The notes beneath the pieces are model-generated. The model saw only the letters and a list, made by a program, of their open reading frames with translations, did no database searches and was not told the origin of the DNA. Both the position numbers and the translations under genes were made by a program. Below, in pieces: positions 25,431 to 38,805 of a stretch of 64,000 nucleotides of DNA (the stretch's first letter is position 1; each line of letters opens with the position of its first letter). Source of the DNA: Chiloscyllium plagiosum (lineage: Eukaryota); assembly GCF_004010195.1 (NCBI RefSeq), contig NC_057719.1:16479929-16543928 (forward strand), written 5' to 3'.

Positions 25431-27011
25431 AACTTAAGAATTGAAAGTTGATTTGCAATCATATTTATCAGTTTGGGAAATTAGTCCTTAAACTGAGAAT
25501 TTAAGGGGGAATCGATATTAGAAATGTAACCGCATTTTAAAATTTTCTGTAACAGTATCTGTTACAAATGACATAATTTAGTAACCAGAAGAGATACATT
25601 AAGCAGTTATACGGAATGTGGTCAGTCAGCTTTGGAGCAGGAATTTAGACAATAAGCAAATGGAATATATGTGCAAAAGTATACCTGTTCACCTGCTTGA
25701 GTCTGTCAGCACCTGGTGACCTCAGTACACCTGCAACAGGTATATGCACAGTCTATTTAACCCTTTCTTTATTGCAACAATCTTTCTTAGCTCATTTGCT
25801 TGTCTAAATAATATATTTGTATTATAAATCTTCTTTAATTATTGTTCATGTACTGAGTATAGATGTAGAAAATTCTGATGTGTTCATGTCGCCAAACAAT
25901 TACAGCTCACCTGTTTAGCCCATTTTGTTGGTGCTGTCTGTCTGCAGGAGCAGTTCAACTCGTGCCACCCCCTGAATTCAAGAGAGATGGATCTTTGACA
26001 ATATTTTCTGCCAGGAGTGCTTGTGGCCTTCACCTATTGAGTCAGCAAGTAATTCTTGCACAATGCTTCAAAATTTATGCAACCAGAGCTCTTTGTTTTA
26101 TTTTAAATGTGTGTTTTAAATTTGGCAGAATTGATATGCAGAAACCAGGTCATTTGTCACAATCAGCAATTCCTTTCCTCAACGCAGTCATTGCAATTGG
26201 TCTCGGGATCCAATTATTGAGACTGAAGGAGCCAAGTAAAAGTAGATACTCCCTAATCAACCTGTTCAGATACTATTACACATCTGTGGAGCAAGTGGGA
26301 TATGAACTTAGGTCTCCTGGCTCAAAGATAAGGACACCACAACTGCACCAGAATGGGACCCAAATTCATTAAGCTTCAACAAAGCAAGAACTGACACTTA
26401 TTGAGCCTGGAACCATTGACCATTCGGCCATAAGCTTGGCTCCTGTTCCTGATGTCTAGCAGCAGCCTGCTACATTGCCAGTGGTTTACCTTAACTGTAC
26501 TATATTGCGCAGGGTTGAGAGATGAAAAATGTTTACTTGAAGAAAATGCCAGAGGACAGCAAAACCCTCCTTCATTATGTCCCACTGCCTTCTGGAGAGA
26601 ATCATGGAGGTAGGAATTTTCAAGTTTGCATTTGCCAAGGATCAACCTAGACATATGTTGCTTAATTTGAATTGCCGTTAACCACACTGAATTCCAACAG
26701 TGTTTGCTGCATTTAGAAAAGCTAGGCTTGGAATTGTCTCATATCAAGATGTAAATATCAAAATGAAACAAGTCTTTGCGTACTGTAGTTGTTTTATTGT
26801 CTTTCATCTCCTTCTTTCTGCTACTGGAAAGGAAAATCTATACTGGCAGTTTTTTGTGTCTGTGATATTTTGAGCTCCGGCTATTGTATTGCAGGTGAAT
26901 ATGATTGTCAATTTGTAATAAGCAAATAAACACAAGATCATGTAACCACTTGTTGTGGTTTTGGTTTGAGGGCCAAATGGTGAACCAGGAGACTAGTGGG
27001 TACATCGAATC

Positions 27012-27385
27012 GTAGAGTCATAGAGAACTCCAGCAAGGAAACAGACCTTTCGGTCCAACTCATCCATGCCAACCAGATAACCGAAATTAATCTATTCCCA
27101 TTTTCCAGCACTTGGCCCATATTACTCTAAAGCCATCCAGATGGCTTTTAATTGTTGTAATTGTACCAGCCTCCACCACTTCTTCTGGCAGCTCATTCCA
27201 GATATGCATCACCTTCTGCAAGGAAGAGTTGCCCCTTAGGTCCCTTTTAAATCTTTCCACACTCACCTCAAAGCTATGCCATCTAGTTCTGGACTCCCCC
27301 ACTCCAGGGAAAAGACTGTGCCTATTTACCCTATCCAAGGCCCTCATGATTTTATAGACCCCTATAAGGACACCCCTCAGCCATT
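27012..27385 (-). mobile_element. CR1 3' fragment
   Basis: LRGVLIGVYKIMR..ESRTRWH..FKRDLRGN..WNELPEEVVEAGT plus 3'UTR. Confidence 0.85.
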
Positions 27386-29384
27386 GATTGTATAGAAGAC
27401 TGCACAGAAGAATTTGTAGATTGACATATATTGTGAATATCATGCTTTAGTGAAAAAGAAGATGGTGAAAACAACAAGGGCGGGAGTAATGGTTGAATTA
27501 GATTTAGAGTCAGATGAGAGGAATACAAATGAGTTTTTGGAAGCTGTGTCTCTAGTAAATGGGAGAGGCAGTCTGTAAGTAGTTGGAAGGGTGATAATAG
27601 AAAAGTTCTGTATTGAGGTGAAAATAGGAATTGCTGGAAAAGCTTAGCAAGTCTGGCAATATCTGTGGACAGAAATCAGAGTTAATGTTTCACATCGAGT
27701 GACCCTACCTCAGAACCTGAGGTGAATATTGCTCAAGTAAGATTTCAGCATTAGTAAACACAAGCATCCATGTAACATTTGTAGACAAAGTCAGCTTACA
27801 GATGCCAAACGGATGGGTTTGAAATTCAACTTGAAAGTGAATAGGATATCAAGGTTGTGTGTAGCCTTGTTTAACCTACACGTGAGGACAAAGAAGGGTC
27901 TAATTTTAAATTCATTCATGTGATGTGGCACTTACTGGCAAGAGTGCATTTATTGTCTATAACTAATTACCCTTGAGACGATATTGGTGAGCTGTTGCCC
28001 TAAGTACAATTGAATGACTTTCTGGGTCATTTCAAGGGACATTAGGAGTCAACCACACTGCTGTGCACCTGGAGTCACACAAAGGCCAGATAAGATCAGG
28101 GCAGAAAATATGAGGAATCAGATGTACTTTTATAACTAACCAGTACTTTCATTGGTGATATTGACTTTTTATTCCAAACTTCACTTTCCTGAAGCTGCAG
28201 TGTGGGATCTAAATCCATGCTCATTTCTCCAGGCCTCTACTTTTCTAGCCTGGTAACATTATCTCTATGCCTTCATCTCCAATGTTTGGATTTGGGAGTA
28301 AGGGTATGGAGCTGAGCACCTAATGATCCATTGGACAATGTTTTGTCTGGCCCATGACTTGGTGTCATTTGGCCACAAAAGATTACCTTCCTTCCCATAG
28401 TGGGATTACCCCATGCTCTTTTTTGAGGTGCCTGTTAGAACTGTTCTTGAATCAGCCATTAATATTCTATCATTGTGTTCACTTTTGATTGTTCTTCATT
28501 CTTCAATCCCTTTGGTTCTAACAATTGTTCAGTGCTAAACCCTAGATTGATGTCTAGGCAAACATTGAAAACAACAAACTATTAATCTGGTGACCATGTA
28601 TATATTTCCTTGACAACAATGGTTGTATTATAAAAATTACAACCTCGATGAGAATGTTACACAAGCCAGAATTATATTTTTAAGCAGGCAGTTTTCATAA
28701 TCTTCAGTGGAACACTGTGGGAGCAAAGATTTACTGATTGTGCTCTCCGAGATAACCCTTTTCTATATTGTACTTTACACTTGAAATGCAGCTGATTGCA
28801 CCAATGTTACACTTGGCTTGAAAGTGGAGTGGATAGTAAAACATTTAATTTTAATTGCATGTCCTCAATCGTGTAAAACACAAACACTGCTGTGGCGTGG
28901 AACATGATCGCTAATGTGGTCAGGAAAAGTGTTGCATTTGATTAGTGGTCGTGTATCTTTGTGTTCCAGTTTCAAGGCTAGAATGATAAAATTGGAACAT
29001 AGATTTTCAGAATTTTTTTGACAATTGACACTAAGAACAATTATTAATCTGGAAGGACTGACATAATTGTAGCTGGATTGTTGTCATTGGTATTGTCTTC
29101 TGCCAGGCTGTCTATTGGCAGGTTTTAAGCAGCCTCAAATGTGCAACATTCGTCCACAGTTAAAAGGTGCCGTTTGGGAAAGTGAAAGGTGTTTGTGAGC
29201 AGAATAACTTGTCATGTAAATGAAATTTAAAGGGAAGCATACCATTACAGGGGATATCTTTAACAATCTTCTCCAAACCTGAATAAGTAGAAAAGACAAA
29301 GAAGAGGTAGGCCAAATTGAGGGAGTAAAGTTACCTGAAGGGAGAGCCTGATATCTTCAGATCACAGGTGGGAGGTGATGTTGG

Positions 29385-29770
29385 TTGAGGGGTGACCTTA
29401 TTGAGGTTTATAAAATCATGAAGGGCATAGGTGGAGTGAATGACAAGAGTCTTTTCCCTAGAATGGAGGGAGTTCAAAACTAGGGAACATATTTTAAGGT
29501 ATAGGGAGAAAGACTTAAAAAGGATATGTGAGGCAACTTTTTTTTACACAGGTTCATGAGTGGAATGAACTGCCAGAGAAAGTGGTGGTTGCAGGTGCAG
29601 TTATAACATTTAAAAAACATTTAGCTAAGTTATTGAATTGGAAAGATTTGGAGGGATGTGCGCCAAGAGGAGGCAGGTGGGACTATTTTAGTTTATTTGG
29701 GAACATGGTCAGCATGAAATGGTTGGCCCGAAGGGTCTGTTTCCACGCTGTATGAATCTGACTCTATAAC
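29385..29770 (+). mobile_element. CR1 3' fragment
   Basis: RGDLIEVYKIM..WNELPEKVV..FKKHL plus 3'UTR tail. Confidence 0.8.
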
Positions 29771-31180
29771 TGAGTTTGATCTGCAATAGATCACCCCATT
29801 GAACAGCAAGATTGTTTATAAAGAAGATTGTTTCACTCCTCTATTGGCCTTACGTTTATTTAGTAATTGGTGATTACTAAATCACCAGGCCAAATTGGAG
29901 TCTTACCATGAACAATCTGTGCTAAGTTAGACAACAATCTTCAAAGCTGTGTTGAATGTAGTTTTTGAGCTGTTAGTTTGGGACAGAAGTTGTTCTGGTT
30001 TATAGCTTCCCAATGCCATTCTGTGACCATCTGCACCCCCAATATAACAGATGGGAGATTATTATGAGATTTTAAAGTATGCAAGAGTTGGAATAGACTG
30101 GGTGTTGCATGGTTCTTTTTCAAGACTGTGGAATGTATTGCTGCTTGGCATTATGACTGTTGATCTTTGTGCCTATTTACTAGAGGGAAATGGGTTAGTT
30201 CTTATCAGAAGCAGAGACTGCATAATATAGAAAGTAAACGTCTTTGTAGGTGACTTTTGAACTGTATAGTTTTCTGGACTGGTTTCAATCACCGGAAGAT
30301 ATGGGTTGGGTGTAGGGATGCATTTCCTTCTGGTGGTTTTTGAACTGTTATTTGAATAGTCGATTTTTTTCTGAACTGAGGACTGCTGCGCGACTTGTAT
30401 TCTGACTCTAGGAGTTAAGATATTCCTGTTTTCTATGCATAGTGTCAAACTGGAAGGAGAGAAATCTGCCTTTATTCTACCCCTGCACGAACCATGTTCC
30501 TTGCCCCTCAAGTGTCAAAAGACTTCACTTTTTTAAAGAAATCTGAAATTACAATCATGCAAAATGTAGGTATCACCTCGATATTCTATTCTAAGGATCA
30601 GCTGAGGCTTCAATTCTAAGTGTGTGATTATGAAATTCAATCTAGATGTAACACACCTTGTTGATGAAATACAGTCTTATGCTGTTGATCAATAGCCACT
30701 GATATACAGTACAAGTCTGTACTAGAATTTCGTTTGCCTGAAGGAAAAATCTAATAATTGAATTTGTGAAGCTGTATATATTCCCATGTGCACACTGGTT
30801 CATTCTGTCCTGATTTGCTTTAAAGAGTGTAGAGTAAATACACAGAACAGATTGTGTAGTTACTGGCAATTACTGAATATAGAACACCAACACCAGTTTG
30901 TGGGCTGTGTGCTGTGGAGCTGCTGGTTGATCAAGTCTAGTTAACACAGCTAATTGTGGATTAGAGAGCCTCATCAAAATTTCTGAACAATAGGTTTGTG
31001 TTCACCAACTCCAAGGAGAAAATGAAGAATTCAGAGAATCATACAACCCCTACACTGTGGCCCACTGAGTCAACACCAACCCTCCAAAGAGCATCCCACC
31101 CAGTCTCATTCCCTATCATATCACCTTGCACTTCCCAGGGCTAAGCCACCTCGTCTGCACATCCTTGGACAGGACAACTA

Positions 31181-31507
31181 GATTAGATTAGATTAGATTA
31201 CATTACATTACAGTGTGGAAACAGGCCCTTCGGCCCAACAAGTCCACACCGACCCGCCGAAGCGAAACACACCCATACCCCTACATTTACCCCTTACCTA
31301 ACACTACGGGCAATTTAGTATGGCCAATTCACCTGACCCTGCACATCTTTTGGACTGTGGGAGGAAACCGGAGCACCCGGAGGAAACCCACGCAGACACG
31401 GGGAGAACGTGCAAACTCCACACAGTCAGTCGCCTGAGGCGGGAATTGAACCCGGGTCTCAGGCGCTGTGAGGCAGCAGTGCTAACCACTGTGCCACCAT
31501 GCCGCCC
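31181..31507 (-). mobile_element. Full-length HE1-type tRNA-derived V-SINE nested in an older SINE (~31030-31690)
   Basis: Minus strand has A box TGGCACAGTGG, B box GGTTCAATTCC, V-domain GTGTGGAGTTTGCACGTTCTCCCCGTGTCTGCGTGGGTTTCCTCCGG and a (TCTAA)n tail. TSD ACAACTA lies at 31174-31180 and 31508-31514. Confidence 0.9.
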
Positions 31508-34374
31508 ACAACTAATTTACCAGTGGCTAATCTGCCAAATGTGCATATCTTTGGAATGTGGGAGGAAACCCATACAGACACAGGAAGAACATCTGTGTGA
31601 AGTTTACACAGTCAACCGAGGCTGGAATCATACCTAGGTCCTTGGTGCTGTGAGGCAGCTATACGAACCACGGAACCACTGTGCCACCTATGACCGGGGT
31701 AATACAAACATAAAATGCTGGAGCAACTCGACAAATCTGACAGCATCTATGAGGAAAACAACAGAGTTAACATTATAATTCCTCTTCAGAACTGAATGAG
31801 GGACAAAGACTCTGATTGCAGTAATTGTCAGGAGTAGTTATGACTGGTCCACTACCTGCTTTGACCACAAAAGGAAGAGGATTCTGACTCGCAGTGCAAA
31901 ATAGAACACTGTTCTGATCCAAAAAACTAAAGTCCTGAGATACTTGATATTGACAAAAAAAAATGGATTCTGAGCCTGAGAAAGGGATGAGAATGGGTGA
32001 CTCAAAAACTTGGTCAATAAGATAAGAGGAAGAGGGACAGAGATATGGAGTTTTCTATAGCTGGACGAATGGGTGCCAATGGTGTAGAAATGTATATAAA
32101 AGGCTGTAGTCAGAGAGTCAAAAAAAGTTAGAATTCTTTTCCTGTCAGACTTGCTGAGTTTCTCCAGCATTTTCTGCTTTTCTTACATTTGTTCTTTTTT
32201 GACTTGGAGCCATTCAGAAATGTTCATTAGATTCTCTAATCCACAATTAGCAATGTTAGTTACTTTTTTTAGCACAATGTTGAGACAGTAGCGTGCTCTC
32301 TTAACCTGTGTTGCCACAGATGGGCTGAAGAGGTGCAGGGTAATTATAGGGCTGCAAGACAATTGCAGAGGTAGCTAGGGGTTGAAATTAAGGGAGTTAA
32401 ACATAGATGCGAGGTCTAAATTTTGTTCATTTATGGGCTTGAAAGCCAACGTAGATAGCAAGGATAGAAATGATCAGTAACAAAGACTTGATGGCATAAA
32501 GGATACAAGCAGCAGAATCGTAATTTGTGGGGTTGGAGGTGGCAACTGAAAAGCATTGAAATAAATAACTTGAAGTTCTGTAGTACGTTACACAACTTTT
32601 AGGAGATAAGAAAATGCTTCACAGTTAATGAGCTGCTTTCAAGTGCGCTGTCATACTGCTTGGCTAATTTTCATGTAGCAAGACCTCAATCAGTGATGTT
32701 ATAATGTTCAGTTGATTAGTTTTACTAATGTTGGTCAGCGGTTTAATATTGGTCAAAATATTAAGGAAATTACCCTTGCTCTTAGAAATTGTTATAAGTA
32801 AGATAGGAAAAGTGCACTGTCTTTCTGTCATCCTGTTGCTCACAGGTCACAACATGCATTTAATTGTTTTACCGAGTTCCCAAAATGACTACTGTATGTT
32901 TTGAACTCTTTCAGAGGATTCTCATTTGAGAGCTGCTGGACCAGGATTTCAGGAGTATAGACCCACAACAGGTGTTCTTTTCCAGCCACAGGAGAGCTGT
33001 GCTGGGAAGCTTTGTTTTCTTCCAGCTGGTTTCTCCCCTACTACTCCAAATAATATTCTAACTGGAACCTGACAGTCACAAAGGCAGGCAGTATCCCAGT
33101 TAAACAATTATTACAAGATGTGACAGCCGAGCGATACTGTGTTTTTAACAAAGTGTTCCAATGCTATTTCATTAAACATTTTTTATTTCAAAAATTCTAT
33201 TGTCCACAAAAATGAAATATTGAATATGAAACCTCTAAAATGTAAAGATGTAGTACCATTTTCAAGTGTTTCATTCCAAATGTTTCAAGAATACAAATAT
33301 AAATAAATTAAATACATTGTACCTATTCATTCTCATTCTGACTTGTTACTTGTAACTTCCACAGTTATCTGAGAGTATCATGGTTAATGGATAATTCAGA
33401 CAAAGTTACATTCTTGACAAAACATCATCCGTTACATTATTTTTAATCGTAATGTGAATAATCTTTCAACGATAAGACTTTTTGAATTCATCCACAGTGG
33501 CTAAGGGTCTATGATGACTATATATCACTGTTTCTCTTTATCTGTGGTGAGCATAGATTGTGAGTAATGATTTGGCATCACCAGCAATCTCAGGGTTTCA
33601 TTTTTCACCAGAGACTGTCTCTTTTTGATGTCAATTTAGCTTCTTGGGAAAGGATCCCATTGGTTTATCTATGTCTGACTCATCATCTTGTAACAGAAGA
33701 ATATCAACCCACCAATCATTAGCACCTGTTGCTATCTTTAAAGATACAATGAAATTAGGGGCAGCCAACACAAGTTCATTGTTCAAAATAGTCTTCAGCC
33801 TCTCCATAAATACTTGGAACACTGCTACCACACTACCTTGACAGTTTTGTAGTAAATTTGACAGAGAAGCTGCGATGATGAAAAAATTTAATCAAACTTG
33901 TAATAGAAACCACCCCCATGTAAAAACAGCTTATTATTTCTCATTTAGGTTTAAGAGCAAAATAGGTACCCTTGCTGCTGATAACAATTACCCTTGCTCT
34001 ACTTTATCTTGTAGGTAACCAGCACTTTTCCAAATTCAGTTAAGATTTGTCAGCAGATCAGTCGATTCTTCTTTTTAAATAATTACTGTCAATTGTTCCA
34101 AGTGCTCCTTCCATGTATCATTGTAGAGCAGCACATCATCAACAGTTAGGAATATGAGTTACCACTTCACTCACGAATCTCTTAAAAAGTGGCTGTCATA
34201 TTTTTGGAAGCTGAAGAGCATCAGTCAGCATTGGAAAAGACTATTTTCTGTGAAAAGGGTTGAAATTTCTTTCCTGGCTTGATATGTTAAAAGAAACTGC
34301 TAATATCCTTTATAAAAACTTGATTTGGAGAGAAATCTTGCATTGCAATCTCTATCAGTCCAAACCAAATCGGG

Positions 34375-34575
34375 CAACTCGCTGTGTGGAGTTTGCACAT
34401 TCTCCCTGTGTCTGCGTGGGTTTCCTCCGGGTGTTCCGGTTTCCTCCCACATTCCAAAACATGTGCAGGTTGGGTGAATTGGCCATAATAAATTGCCAAT
34501 AACGTTAGGTGCATTAATCAGGGGTAAATGTAGGGAAGATGAGTCTGGGTGGGTTACTCTTCGGAGTTTGATTTG
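34375..34575 (+). mobile_element. Partial HE1-type V-SINE
   Basis: V-domain CTGTGTGGAGTTTGCACATTCTCCCTGTGTCTGCGTGGGTTTCCTCCGGG. Confidence 0.8.
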
Positions 34576-34942
34576 ATTTATTGTAGTCACTGCCTAATGT
34601 TATGGACCAGGCCAGGACCCCCTCAAAACATTTTTAAGAAGTTAGCCCAGACCCTAACTTTTTTCGTTGTTTCAGGCAGATGTGAGGTGGATATCCCAGG
34701 AGTTGTGCAGCTGGTTAAACCACTTGGCTTTAAGTAAAACAATTTATTACAGACTACCGAATGAAACACGAAGAAAAGAGAACAGAATATAGAATAACAA
34801 CCTATCTGAAAATCCAGCCGAGTCTATCACAACTTAATGACGCTGTTTGAATTTCCAGAAACATCCCCATAAACACACCCCTTGGTGAAAAAGGTAAATT
34901 CAAACCCTGGTTCTTACAGGAGAAGATGTTAGAGAGAGCATT

Positions 34943-35295
34943 GGAGGCTGAGGAGTGAACTTATAGAGGTTTATAAAATTATGAGGGTCATGGATAAGGT
35001 AAATACACAAAGTCATTTCCCTGGGGTGGGGGAGTCCAGAACTAGAGGGCATTGATATAGGGTGAGAGGGGAAAGATATAAAAGACACCTAAGGGGCAAC
35101 TTTTTCACACAGAAGATGGTACGTTTATGGAATGAGCTGCCAAAGGAAGTGGTGGAGGTGCAAAATTTAAAAGGCATTTGGATGGGTTTGAAGGGATATG
35201 GGCCGGGTGTTTGCAGGTGGGACTAGATTGGGTTGGGATATCTGGTCAGGTTGGACCGAAGGGCCTGTTTCCGTGCTGTACATCTCTATGACTCT
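34943..35295 (+). mobile_element. CR1 3' fragment
   Basis: Same RT C-terminus and 3'UTR as other copies. Confidence 0.8.
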
Positions 35296-36049
35296 CTCTC
35301 TCTTTTTCATCTTCCCCGATCTTACAACTTGAACTGCCTCTGCTTTCTTATTCTTCTCCAGTGATGCTATTGGTGGCCTTTTCCCAGCGATCAGTGGTGT
35401 CAATCAGATAAATGTACCAATTTTCTTGATTATCTTATGGGCCATAGAACCATGCTTTTAATGGTAACCCTTGTAAAGGCAGTCAAACTAACATCTCATA
35501 TCTTGGTGGAAATGTACACGCATTGGTATGTTTATCCGCCCACTCCTTTTCCTGGTAGTTTGCAAAGTTTTAAGGTATTCCTGAACCACTTGCAGGCTCC
35601 TGAGAACTACTCTCAGAATACAGATAAAAGTGAGGGTTTGTCCCGCTATTCTAAATATGTTTGTTTGGCTAGTTTCAGAGGACCTGTATGCCTCATCATA
35701 AACTAATTGAAAAGCACTAATACTGTTAGACATGTTAGCTGAATCTTGGTTGGCAAAAAATAGAAATTCCAGTCCTTTGTCCCAGTCCTGGGGATATGCA
35801 TGACAGTATGTTTTAATCATTGTTTTTGGTTTATGATGGCACCTTTTTTTGAAAGCTCTTGTGCTAATGGATGGTATGCTGAAGACATCTCTATCAGTAA
35901 TGTGTAAGGAGATGGATTAACATCACTCTCAAGAGTCTAGCTTCTTGAAATTGTGTAATAATATCCAAAGCAGCAAGAATACACTACTGTCCCATTTTTG
36001 TTTTCAGTAAGGGACCCTTACAGCTTACTAAATGTTTCCTCAAAAAACA

Positions 36050-37438
36050 GGAAGGGAATTATAAGCCAGTGAACCTGACATTGCTGGTGGGCAAGTTGTT
36101 GGAGGGAATCTTGAGGGACAGGGTTTACATGCACGGATAGCAAGGACTGATTAGGGATAGTCAACATGGCTTTGTGTGTGGGAATTTGTGTCTCGCAACC
36201 ATAATTTATTTTTTGAAGAAGTAACTGAGAGGATTGATGAGACCAGAGCGGTGAACGTGATCTATAAGGGCTTCAATAAGGCTTTCAACAAGGTTCCTCA
36301 TGGTAGACTGGTTGGCAAGGTTAGGTCTCAGAGAATACAGGGAGAGCTAGCCATTTGGATACATAACTGGCTCGAAGGTAGGAGACAGAGGGTGCTGATG
36401 GAGGGTTGCTTTTCAGATTGGAGGCCCGTGACCAGTGGTGTGCCATAAGGATCAGTTCTGGCTCCACTGCTTTTTGTCATTTATTTAAATTATTTGGATG
36501 TGAAAATGGGAGGTATAGTTAGAAGGTTTGTAGTTGACGCCAAAATTTGACATGTGATGGCCAGCAATGAAGGTTACCTCACAGTACAACGGGATCTTGA
36601 TCGATGGACCAATAGGCTGAGGAGTGGCAGATGGAGTTTAATTTAGATAAATGTGAGGTGCTGCATTTTGGAAAGACAAATCAGGGCAGGATTTATACAT
36701 TTCATGGTAAGGTGCTGGGGAATGTTGCTGAACAAAGAGACTTTGGAGTACAGGTTCATAGTTCCTTGAAATTAGAGTTGCAGGCAGGTGGGATAGTAAA
36801 TAAGGCATTTGGTATGCTAGCCTTAATTGGTCAGTGCATTGAGTATATGAGTTGGGATGTCATGTTGCTTGTGTACAGGACATTGGTTAGGCCACTTCTG
36901 GAATATTGTGTGCAAAACTGATCTCCCTGCTATAGTAAGGATGTTGTGAAACTTGAAAGCGTTCAGAAAAGACTGGCGAGGACGTTACCAGGCTTGAAGG
37001 GTTTGAATCGGCTGGGGCTGTTTTCCCTGGAGCATCGGAGGCTGAGGGGTGATCTTGTAGAGATTTACACAATCATGAGAGGTATCAATAGGGTAAATAG
37101 ACAAGGTCTTTTCCCTGGGGTGGGGTAGTCCAAACTAGAGTACATAGGTTTAAAGTGAGAGGAGAAAGATTTAAAAGGGAACTAAGGGGCAACTTTTTCA
37201 CACAGAGGATGCTGCATATATGGAATGAACTGCCGGAGGAAGTGGTGGCGGCTGATACAGTTGCAGTATTTCAAAGGCATCTGGATGGGTTTATGAATAG
37301 GAAGGTTTAGAGGGATATGGGCCAAATGTGGCTTAGAGGGATATGGCAAATTGAACGAGATTAATTTTGGATATCTGGTTGGCATGGACAATTTGGACCG
37401 AAGGTTCTGTTTCTATGTTGTACATCTCTATGACTCTG
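36050..37438 (+). mobile_element. CR1/HER1-type LINE, 5'-truncated (1.4 kb)
   Basis: FNKAFNKVPHGRL, WRPVTSGVP, MEFNLDKCEVLHFG, RPLLEYCVQ and RRLRGDL, with frameshifts and stops, then the 3'UTR. Confidence 0.9.
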
Positions 37439-38742
37439 AGATGCCAGTTTGTTGTCTGTTGTGGTTTTCACCTGATCAGACATAGTTTACAAAACTGTAT
37501 ATCATTTTAACGACCTGTCCAACAAAAATGTTAATTTAAATTTGCTTATGTCTTCAGGATCTCCACACATCCTGCCATGGAAATTTCATTACTATTCCTT
37601 AATGATATTTTGTAACACTGCTATCTGGGAAACCACTGTCACTCTCCATCTACATGTGTGTGAGAAGGTCTTGACTTCCTTGTCCAATTTTTAACCGAAT
37701 AATTTTCCAGAACTTCTGCCTCAGCCTCTGATTGAGCTACTTCATTTAACTCAGGTCAGCTTGCTGTGCCTCCTTCAGAAAAGACTTATTGACTACTTAG
37801 TTTGAATTATCCAAATCCCCAAAGAAAGTTTCAGGTGACCAAATACCATAGTGCCAAATTTGCCTCCTGCAGTGGACTTCATCAAACCCATTGCTCGAGT
37901 CATTGTACATGAAGCAGAAACCTTGGGAACTTTTCCCTGTGAACACTGTGTCTCTCTGGCTTCATTTTTTTGTGTCTACCGGAGAAGCTACTCCCTTCAG
38001 TCTGGCCAAATCATTCCCCAGGACAAGTTCAGCACTGTCTATAGGCAAAGTAAGGATCATCTGTACAGTTACTGTCCCAAGCATGAGGTCACACTTGATG
38101 TGCAAAAATGCTAATCTGTCCTCCCTACCAACATTGTTTACTGACATCATGGCCTCTAATGTGTTGTCTGCTGGGAGAGTACTGCCTTCTGCCAGCAAAA
38201 GAGTTTGGCTGGCTCCTAGCTCTTTAAGTATGACTTACTTGCCTCACTTGAGGAATAAGGGGAATTGCCTGCCACTCTCAAGCATTTTCTTTACTTTCCC
38301 TGTAATTATTTGTTGTGGGAACTTTTACACCTAGCTAAGAGGGCAGGTGGAACTTCAATTGAACACCCCAGCTGAAGCGAATCTCCTCTGGCAGTGGTGT
38401 ACTCCCTCAGTACTGTACTGGAATGTCAACCTGGATTCTGCTGACATAATGTGAACCTACAGCCTTTGTTAGTGCTAGTCATCAGCCACCTTGTGTTTGC
38501 GTTTGCAGTGCTGGAAAGGAACACAGCAGCTTAACGTTCTCTCTTTCAGAATTTAGGAGGCAACAATGGACCTAAATTGCCCATAGGAATACCCAGGATA
38601 TTGAAAATGTTTTCTTGCATACATCTGTGGTTCCCTTATCTTGTGCAGTGCTTCATGTTTCTGTAGTGTTCTTACTGCAAAGACTTAGGGTACAATGACT
38701 CACCACAGGCTGGAATAAAATGTTTCTTCACTGTAAGGATAT

Positions 38743-38805
38743 CTCTCTCACACACACTCATTCACTCTCTCTCACTCGCGCTCTCTCTCTATCTCTCGCT
38801 CTCTT
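38743..38805. repeat. CT/CA-rich microsatellite
   Basis: Read directly. Confidence 0.8.

Larger units (their letters stand above)
33380..38330 (-). mobile_element. Decayed Gypsy pol with Gmr1-like PR-INT-RT-RH order, interrupted by SINE, LTR-like and CR1 insertions
   Basis: Minus-strand order: ..LPIDSAELVLGNDLA (~38000, protease region); EISMAG.V...KT (~37570, integrase zinc finger); MIKTYCHAYPQDWDKGL (~35800, integrase core); KNMTATF*R and VDDVLLYNDTWKEHL (~34100-34260, RT); LAAPNF..LLQDDESDIDKPMGSFPKKLN (~33700, RNase H). Confidence 0.75.

Noticed and set aside
31430..31507. tRNA gene (A and B boxes on the minus strand)
   Set aside because: It is the tRNA-derived head of a SINE, followed by the V-domain and LINE-like tail and bounded by a TSD.
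32790..33115. LTR of the Gmr1-like element
   Set aside because: It has TG...CA ends and a plausible position, but I could not find a second copy in the window to confirm it.
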